Positions 55,606 through 64,000 of a stretch of DNA of 64,000 bases are shown piece after piece. The stretch's first letter is position 1. Every line of letters begins with the position of its first letter. The notes under the pieces were generated by a model. The model searched no databases. It was given only the letters and a program-made list of their open reading frames with translations, and was not told the DNA's origin. The position numbers were made by a program, and so were the translations under genes. Origin of the DNA: Minisyncoccota bacterium (GTDB lineage Bacteria; Patescibacteriota; Minisyncoccia; Phycocordibacterales; UBA6065); assembly GCA_035714745.1 (NCBI GenBank), contig DASTLR010000003.1:161-64160 (forward strand). Direction: 5' to 3'.

Positions 55606-57516
55606 CTATGCTGCCGCCGCTTCGGCCACGGGCGACTTCGTTCCTGAATCCTGACCCGCCGGAGGCTCTTCCGCTTCGGACGTGACGTCCTGGAGCCTGG
55701 AGCTGAACGACTCCAGCAAGGCCAGCTTGGCGTAGAGCTTGCAGCCGTCGAGCAGCTCCAGATGGCTGCCCTGCCCTGCCAGCCTGCCCTTTTCCAGGAC
55801 GATCACTCGGTCCGCCTTTGACGCGGTGACCAAGCGATGGGCGATGACGATGACCGTATACTTCTTTCTGCCGTCCGCGTCCCTTTGGGAAGCCAGGTCG
55901 AGGATGGAGAAGAGGATCAGGGCCTCGCTCTCGTTGTCCAGGCCGCTGGTCGCCTCGTCGAAGAGGAGCACCGACGGCGAGCCGATCAGGGCTCGGGCGA
56001 TGGCCACCCGCTGGCGCTCGCCTCCCGACAGGCGGCAGCCGTTCTCTCCGACCGGCTGGTGCATGCGGGCCCTGTCGCCCCCGTCGCCCCAGAAGTCCTC
56101 GTAGAGCCTGGCCGCCTTCATCACCTCCTCCAAGCGTTGGCGAGGGATGCCGACGCGGCCGTAGAGGATGTTCTCCACCACGCTCATATGGCCCCAGAGC
56201 TTCAGCTTCTGCCCTTGCGGGACATAGCCGATCTGGCCCCACCACCAGTGAGGGTCGACGCGCTTGACCGGGATGCCGTTGACCATCACCCGGGCGGGAG
56301 TGTCGAGGTCGCCGCCCAGGAGCAGGTTGAAGGCCGTAGACTTGCCGGAGCCCGAGGGTCCGACCAGCGCCACGAATTCTCCCCTCCTGATCCTGAAGTC
56401 GACGTCCTCGAGCGCCCATGTGACGGGCCTCAAGGGATTTTTCGGGTCAGGATAGCCGTAATAGACGTGGTCGAACCATATCTCCTCGAACCTGTCCGGA
56501 GTATGCAGGCCGACCTTTGAATCGAGCGGCTGCTGGTCGCCCGCCAGGAAATCCAGGTGCTTCTCTATCGGTCCCCAGCTCTCCATCAGGTCCCTTTGCA
56601 GCGAGGTCATCGATTCGATGGAGGCAAAGACTGCCCACGTCCACCAGATGGCCGCAAAGAACCTGCCCATGGACATCTGCCCGGCCAGCACGAGCTTCGC
56701 CGATACCGCCATGATGCCTATGAAACACGCCGCGGATATGACCGACTGGACCAGGACCATCCAGGCCAGATAGCGCTTCCACAAGAGCCTGCTGGATTCG
56801 CTGCGGCGCTCATGGCTCTGGCCATATCCGAGGATCTCTTTGCCTTGCTGGTTCATCAGGATGACCAGGCCCATGTTGCGGATCCTGGCTCGAAAGGACG
56901 AGTCGACCTTTCCCCATTCACGGGTATCCTCGCGGATCCAGGGCAAGAACCTGAGGTTGACCCAGACGCTCGCCGCCAAGAAGAGGACGATGCCCGCCGT
57001 AGCGATAGCCGACAGCCAGCCGTTCAGGAGAGACAGGCCGATGGCCGCGACCAGTATGGCCGCCGCCGTCTTCATGATCCTGAATATCACCATCGAGAGC
57101 GCCGAATCGATCTTGGACAGGCCATTCTCGACGACCTCTCCTGTTTCAACGGCCATATCGAATGCCCTGGCCAGCGAGAGGCTGGAAGCCCTCTCGAGCG
57201 ACCGGAGCTTGCCCATCTTGGAGATGGGGATGAGGATGTATCTGCACGCGGCGTTCCAGAGCACGATGCTGTTCAGCGCCATCCCTGTGACATATACCGC
57301 CGCTATCGTCGCGATGCAGAGCGAGACGTCCAGCCATGACCTATTCCCAAAGCCCACTTCCATGCGGCCGATCAGATACGGCACGGCGAAGTCGAGCAGC
57401 TTGACCAACAGCGTCAAAGCCCCGAAAAGGGCCATGAGGCGAAAGAGCGGAAACTTGTCCAGGAGATGCTCCCGGACGCGCTTCAACTGGATAAAGACAA
57501 TTCGTACCGCGTTCAA
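55606..57516 (-). CDS. ABC exporter, fused TMD-NBD
   Basis: TM helices, GPSGSGKS, LSGGERQR, FDEATSGLD, IAHRL; TTG start. Confidence 0.9.
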   Translation of the reverse strand: MNAVRIVFIQLKRVREHLLDKFPLFRLMALFGALTLLVKLLDFAVPYLIGRMEVGFGNRSWLDVSLCIATIAAVYVTGMALNSIVLWNAACRYILIPISKMGKLRSLERASSLSLARAFDMAVETGEVVENGLSKIDSALSMVIFRIMKTAAAILVAAIGLSLLNGWLSAIATAGIVLFLAASVWVNLRFLPWIREDTREWGKVDSSFRARIRNMGLVILMNQQGKEILGYGQSHERRSESSRLLWKRYLAWMVLVQSVISAACFIGIMAVSAKLVLAGQMSMGRFFAAIWWTWAVFASIESMTSLQRDLMESWGPIEKHLDFLAGDQQPLDSKVGLHTPDRFEEIWFDHVYYGYPDPKNPLRPVTWALEDVDFRIRRGEFVALVGPSGSGKSTAFNLLLGGDLDTPARVMVNGIPVKRVDPHWWWGQIGYVPQGQKLKLWGHMSVVENILYGRVGIPRQRLEEVMKAARLYEDFWGDGGDRARMHQPVGENGCRLSGGERQRVAIARALIGSPSVLLFDEATSGLDNESEALILFSILDLASQRDADGRKKYTVIVIAHRLVTASKADRVIVLEKGRLAGQGSHLELLDGCKLYAKLALLESFSSRLQDVTSEAEEPPAGQDSGTKSPVAEAAAA

Positions 57517-57706
57517 ATCGGACCTTTCGTTGAAGTTGAACTGACGTTGCTCGGAAAATCAAACATGTAAAGAGCAAAATACGCGCGTCAGGCGCACGTA
57601 TTCCCGGAAATACTACGCCGCAGGCGGGACAATTGTTTCCTCCCCGCCAGCAGTGCCGTCTGCATTAAAAAAGAGCCCCTTGCGAGGCTCTTGTGATCCC
57701 TAACTC

Positions 57707-59527
57707 TCAGACGAACATGCTTACCTCCCTATTCACCAGGTTGCGGTATTCCATGCAGGACCTCATCAGTTCCGCATGATTGCCGATGCCGGCGATGCCG
57801 CCCTTCCTGAAGACGATGATCTGGTCCGCATGACGGATGGTCGACAGCCGATGGGCGATGACGATGCTCGTCCTGCCCTTCATCGCTTCGCGCATGGCTT
57901 GATGGACCAACGCTTCGTTCTCCGGGTCCAACGCGTTGGTCGCTTCGTCCAGGATGACGAGGCTAGGGTTCTTCATGAGCGCCCTACCTATAGCGATCCG
58001 TTGGCGTTGACCGCCGGATAGCTGGACGCCGTTCTCGCCGATGAGCGTCTCGAATCGCTTAGCCCCGAGGCGCGGATAGAATTCGTCGATGCGAGCGATC
58101 CTGGCGATCCGCTCGAGATCCGCCTCCGTTACGTCCTGCGAAAGGCCGTTAAGGCCATATGTCAGGTTGTAACGGACGGTCTCGTCCCACAGCTTCGGAT
58201 CCTGCTCGACCGTTCCCACTGAATTCCTCCAGTGGTGCAGGTCGAGCAGCTTCAAGTCATGACCGTCGACGAGGATCTGACCCCTGTCCGGGTCATACCC
58301 GCGCAGGGCGAGGTTGATGGCGGTGGTCTTACCAGAGCCGGAAGGCCCGACAAAGGCGCAGACCGATCCGGCAGGGATCCTGAACGACAGATCCTCTACT
58401 GCGATCGATTGCTTTCCTTTCTCTTTGTCTGGGTCTTCGTCATCATCGTCCTCCTGCTCGAGCTGGTGCTCGGGATAGCGGAACGAGACGTTCCGGAACT
58501 CGATCTCGCCGCGGAACTCTTTCGGCCGGACGGGATTCTCGACGATCGTGACAGCCGGAGGCATATCCACGAGGTCGAAATATCGTCCGATCTGGGCGTT
58601 GTTCTTGGTGATCTGCCGCTGAAGCGAACCGACCATCGACAGGGCGCTAAAGGCATGGTTAGACCAGCCTAGAGCGATGACGACGGCGCCGACGCTGACC
58701 TTGCCCTGCGAGGCTAACGACGCCCCGACGAACATGACGCCGACCTGGCCCAGATGCTGGAAGGGCTCGCGCAGGAAATGGATGAGCCCGACATAGCGCA
58801 CCCACAGGGCGCGCCCGAAGTCGTTGCATTCCTTTTCCTTGGCGGCGAATTCGCGCTTGAGGCGTTCCTCCTGGCCGCAGACCATGACCAATCGCAGGTT
58901 CTTGATCCGCTCCCAATAGGATGTCCCGAGCTTGTTCTCCATCTTGGCGTGCCGTTTGACGTCCGACCGCAGATGCTTGTTGATGACATAGCTCGAAGCG
59001 ACATACAGGGCGACCGCGGCGATCGTCACCAGGCCCATCAGAGGACTGATGAACAATAGCGCGATAGCCGCGATCAGGACCCGCAGGACAGACGAGATGA
59101 CCTGAATGAGGAACAGGTCTATCGTCTGGGCGAGGGCCGTTTCTCCTTTCTTGATGATGTCGTGCTTGTAGCCAGAATTCTGATTGGTTATCTGGCCGAT
59201 CGAGAGCCGGCTGATGCCTGTGAGCGTAGTCTGCGACGCGACCTCTCCGTTATCGAAAGCCACCTTTTTCAGGTATTGCTTGTCGAGGAAGAAGTAGATC
59301 AGGCCGCGGACCTGCATTGCGCCGAATGTTGCCACGATGAGCCACTTCAGCTCTGACATGGGCCGATGGTTCACTATCCTGTCGATGAGAAGGCCTGTGA
59401 GGAACGGCCAGGCGAGCGATACCGCCTGATTGACCGAATCCCATATGACCGCGGTCCGGAGGGCCGGATGAAGAGGCCTGTAAGCCTCGTAGATGCGCCT
59501 GATGCGACTCCTTGTGCTTGTTTTCAC
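57707..59527 (-). CDS. ABC exporter, fused TMD-NBD
   Basis: GPSGSGKT, LSGGQRQR, LDEATNALD, IAHRLST; GTG start after an AAAGGA SD; terminator at 57667-57692. Confidence 0.9.
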   Translation of the reverse strand: MKTSTRSRIRRIYEAYRPLHPALRTAVIWDSVNQAVSLAWPFLTGLLIDRIVNHRPMSELKWLIVATFGAMQVRGLIYFFLDKQYLKKVAFDNGEVASQTTLTGISRLSIGQITNQNSGYKHDIIKKGETALAQTIDLFLIQVISSVLRVLIAAIALLFISPLMGLVTIAAVALYVASSYVINKHLRSDVKRHAKMENKLGTSYWERIKNLRLVMVCGQEERLKREFAAKEKECNDFGRALWVRYVGLIHFLREPFQHLGQVGVMFVGASLASQGKVSVGAVVIALGWSNHAFSALSMVGSLQRQITKNNAQIGRYFDLVDMPPAVTIVENPVRPKEFRGEIEFRNVSFRYPEHQLEQEDDDDEDPDKEKGKQSIAVEDLSFRIPAGSVCAFVGPSGSGKTTAINLALRGYDPDRGQILVDGHDLKLLDLHHWRNSVGTVEQDPKLWDETVRYNLTYGLNGLSQDVTEADLERIARIARIDEFYPRLGAKRFETLIGENGVQLSGGQRQRIAIGRALMKNPSLVILDEATNALDPENEALVHQAMREAMKGRTSIVIAHRLSTIRHADQIIVFRKGGIAGIGNHAELMRSCMEYRNLVNREVSMFV

Positions 59528-59783
59528 CGATATTCCTTTCGTTGAGGTTAGAGTAAAAGAGCATTTGCCCGGCGGAGCCGAAGCAAAACACCGTGCGCGT
59601 GGCACGATGTTTCAAATATTCGACGAGGGTCGAATGCTTACGACATAGTGCCACAGCCAACAGGATCAGGCGCATCGTATCCGATGCGCGAGATATATAT
59701 TCGGTTGTTGGCTTTGGTAATCATTGCCGAATGACCATACCATGGCGTATGGGAATATGCAAGCTTTAAGCCGTAACGTTTCC

Positions 59784-60890
59784 CTACAACCCCTCGTTCC
59801 TGAGGCTCTCTATGGCCTTCCTGGCCTCCTTAGAGAGCTTGCGCGGCATGGCGACGTTGATGGTGACGAGCAGGTCGCCGCGGTGGCCGTCGCGGCCGCG
59901 CGGAGTAGTCGGCACGCCCCTGCCCCGCAGGCGGAGGATCTCGCCCTGGTTGGTGCCCTCGGGGACCTTGAGGGCCACGTCGCCGTCCAGGGTTTTGAGC
60001 GTCAAGCTAGTGCCCAGGAGCGCCTCGGAGAGCTTGATGGTGGCCTCGGCGACCAGGTTATGGCCGGACTTGGTATAGAGCGGGTGCTCTTTGACGTGGA
60101 CGCGCAGGTAGAGGTCGCCTGGCTGTCCGCCGGCGATGGCCTCGCCCGCGCCCGTGAGCCTGACCATCTCGCCCTCCTCGATGCCGGACGGTACCTTGAC
60201 CTTGATCTCCTGGTTGCGCTTGTGGACGCCCGTGCCGTGGCAGACCGGGCATTTCTCCTCGGGCTCCTTGCCCGTGCCGTGGCAGGTCTCGCAGGTCCTG
60301 GTCGTCTGGAAGCTGCCCATGATCGAGCGGCGCACCTCGGTGACGCGGCCCTTGCCCGCGCAGGTATGGCAGGTCTTCATCCTGGAGCCCTTTTTGGCGC
60401 CGCTGCCCGCGCACTCGGCGCAGACCGAGACCTTGTTCAGGGTGATCTCCTTTTCCATGCCAAAGATCGACTCCTCGAACGACAGATCGATGTCCGCCTG
60501 GATGTCAGAGCCGCGCTTCGGGCGCTGGGCGCCGCGGCCGCCGCCGAAGAAATCGCCCAGGATGTCGCCTAAGTCGAATTCGACTCCGCCGTTCTGGCCA
60601 AATCCCCCCTGCTGGAAGCCCGAGAAATCGAAGCCGAAGTCGTTCGGGTTGAAGCCGGCGCCGCCAAAGCCCGCCCCGCCAGGCCCTGCAGAGCCGAACT
60701 GGTCGTACTGGGCGCGCTTCTTCTCGTCGCCGAGGACGCTGTACGCCTCGTTCGCTTCCTTGAATTTAGCGTCGTCCCCGCCCTTCTTGTCCGGGTGATG
60801 CTCGTGCGCCAGCCTTCGAAACGCGCGCTTAATCTCGTCTTGCGACGCGTTCTTTTGGACGCCGAGGATCTTGTAATAATCTTTTGACAT
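59784..60890 (-). CDS. dnaJ: Chaperone DnaJ
   Basis: J domain HPD, G/F-rich region, four CxxCxGxG repeats. Confidence 0.97.
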   Translation of the reverse strand: MSKDYYKILGVQKNASQDEIKRAFRRLAHEHHPDKKGGDDAKFKEANEAYSVLGDEKKRAQYDQFGSAGPGGAGFGGAGFNPNDFGFDFSGFQQGGFGQNGGVEFDLGDILGDFFGGGRGAQRPKRGSDIQADIDLSFEESIFGMEKEITLNKVSVCAECAGSGAKKGSRMKTCHTCAGKGRVTEVRRSIMGSFQTTRTCETCHGTGKEPEEKCPVCHGTGVHKRNQEIKVKVPSGIEEGEMVRLTGAGEAIAGGQPGDLYLRVHVKEHPLYTKSGHNLVAEATIKLSEALLGTSLTLKTLDGDVALKVPEGTNQGEILRLRGRGVPTTPRGRDGHRGDLLVTINVAMPRKLSKEARKAIESLRNEGL

Positions 60891-60942
60891 ATCAAGCTAA
60901 TATATGGTACTTTACCGATGAATTCAACCAAAGTAGATCTTT

Positions 60943-61083
60943 ATGGAAACTAATGATACAGCGTCGAGCGATGTTACGAACGAACGGCTATATATTTTTA
61001 ATCTGGCCTTTGAAAGAGGCTTTATCTCGGGTTTGCTCGTCGGCATCCTTCTGATGCTCGTCGGGCTAGCCTTCAGACTGTAA
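60943..61083 (+). CDS. Putative 46-aa small membrane protein
   Basis: METNDTASS...GFISGLLVGILLMLVGLAFRL*, with a single C-terminal TM; followed by a terminator. Confidence 0.45.
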   Translation: METNDTASSDVTNERLYIFNLAFERGFISGLLVGILLMLVGLAFRL

Positions 61084-61097
61084 TGTTATTTCCATTT

Positions 61098-61162
61098 AAA
61101 GCAGACACCCTCTCCCCCACGACTTCTTGCGAGGTCACGGGAGATGGGCTGTCTGCTTTTTT
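61098..61162. terminator. Long hairpin / bidirectional terminator downstream of dnaK
   Basis: AAAGCAGACA...TGTCTGCTTTTTT. Confidence 0.6.
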
Positions 61163-61208
61163 CATTTTCTCTAAAATGGAGCTTTAAATCTCCATCTTGG
61201 AGAATCGA

Positions 61209-63122
<1,914 letters not shown>

Positions 63123-63166
63123 GTTGCGTTAGATAATGCTAGTAAGCGCGCATGCGCGCAGGGGCA

Positions 63167-63463
63167 CTATCGAACGCTCGGAGCGCGGGCAGGTTGGCTC
63201 GTCAAAAAGTCGAGAGCAGAGAACGGAGAGACGGCCTCGAAAGAGGATGGTATGAAAATGTCGCCATAGGATGCTATGGAACGCGGCGCGGTGAGAGCCA
63301 GCACCGGCGACGAAGTCTCGCTCTCGAGCGGCTTGAAGCCCAAGAATCTGACCTCGCGCAGGCCCTCGGCCTCGATGACGGCGAAAAAGGCGCGCACAAG
63401 CTCGCCCGTGGCCAGGGCGACCTCTCGGCTGACGATATGGACTTGTGGCTTCTTGATCAGCAT
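63167..63463 (-). CDS. Hypothetical protein
   Basis: 98-aa ORF with a GCGGGG SD-like sequence, co-oriented within the grpE-dnaK interval. Confidence 0.55.
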   Translation of the reverse strand: MLIKKPQVHIVSREVALATGELVRAFFAVIEAEGLREVRFLGFKPLESETSSPVLALTAPRSIASYGDIFIPSSFEAVSPFSALDFLTSQPARAPSVR

Positions 63464-63479
63464 GATGTTGGTTCCCCGC

Positions 63480-63803
63480 TCAGGCTATCTTGAGCTCTAT
63501 ATCTGATACGCGGCCGACCAGCCTGTCGTGTTCAGCATACGATACCTTGTCTTTGTCCAACTTGTCAATTTCGCTAAATCCGCGCCTGATCGCCTCTGAA
63601 AGGTCCGCGATCTCTCTCGAGACCTTCGTATCGATCTTGGTCTCGAGAGCATCGATCTTTGCATCGAGAGAGTCGATCCTGCCGTCCAGCTTGTTGTGGC
63701 TCATCTCGATCGCTTCGGCGACATTCTTGAATTCGAGATCCATTGCCTGAAATTTCGAATCGAGCTTTGCATCAAGGCTCTCGAGAGTTACTTTTGCTTC
63801 CAT
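63480..63803 (-). CDS. Small coiled-coil hypothetical protein
   Basis: Heptad-like LDAK(L/I)D repeats. Confidence 0.7.
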   Translation of the reverse strand: MEAKVTLESLDAKLDSKFQAMDLEFKNVAEAIEMSHNKLDGRIDSLDAKIDALETKIDTKVSREIADLSEAIRRGFSEIDKLDKDKVSYAEHDRLVGRVSDIELKIA

Positions 63804-63869
63804 ATTCTTAATCGGATTAATTAATATTCTGGAATCCTAGCAAAAGCGGGATAAAGGAAAGATACAGAT

Positions 63870-64000
63870 TCAGTCTTTGCTGTGGATAGCTTCCGCGACG
63901 ACCACTTTGGCCGGCCGGATGAGCTTGTTGCCCAGCTTATACCCCTTCTCGACGACGGCCAAGATTGCGTGATCTTTTTTAGCGTCTTCTATTTTCTCGT
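63870..64000 (-). CDS. grpE: Nucleotide exchange factor GrpE (C-terminal part; gene extends beyond the window)
   Basis: Minus strand reads ...DHAILAVVEKGYKLGNKLIRPAKVVVAE...*, the GrpE C-terminal signature. Confidence 0.9.
   Translation of the reverse strand, partial: EKIEDAKKDHAILAVVEKGYKLGNKLIRPAKVVVAEAIHSKD

Overview
Bacterial chromosome segment with a GC-rich core (roughly 60-65% by eye) and AT-richer accessory patches. The gene content and style point to a Patescibacteria/Parcubacteria (CPR)-type genome (inference): split transketolase, archaeal-type AspRS, ScpAB, a single Xer, and a giant GNVGIGT-repeat surface protein. 1-27 kb is mostly housekeeping: a partial giant tail-fibre-like protein, gap-rpiB-rpe(frameshifted)-tkt, recR, dnaB, cysS, a CorA-like protein, ctpA, rplI, rpmA, xer with a dif-like site, an M23 peptidase, gltX, murG, ftsW, a DD-carboxypeptidase and scpAB. 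27-59.5 kb is an accessory region unusually rich in aminoacyl-tRNA synthetases: two AspRS, one AsnRS-like paralog with a remodelled amino-acid pocket, TrpRS, and two HisRS plus tRNA-His. These are interleaved with an MccF-like S66 peptidase, an amidohydrolase, peptidase E, a RimJ/RimL GNAT, four NUDIX domains, HAD, deacylase, nucleoside hydrolase, PRTase-like, SET, histidine kinase, glycosyltransferases and three ABC exporters. The window ends with grpE-dnaK-dnaJ. The most notable signals are (1) the Asx/aaRS island, possibly an aminoacyl-nucleotide defence or metabolism system, (2) a compact transcription-attenuating T-box with an ultra-short Stem I ahead of the non-discriminating-type aspS, (3) a 71-nt tmRNA-like tRNA-domain-only RNA with G3.U70 in its own transcription unit, (4) a tRNA-His lacking an encoded G-1, and (5) a ~235-nt promoter/terminator-bounded candidate ncRNA. 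All calls come from reading the sequence by eye; no searches were run.
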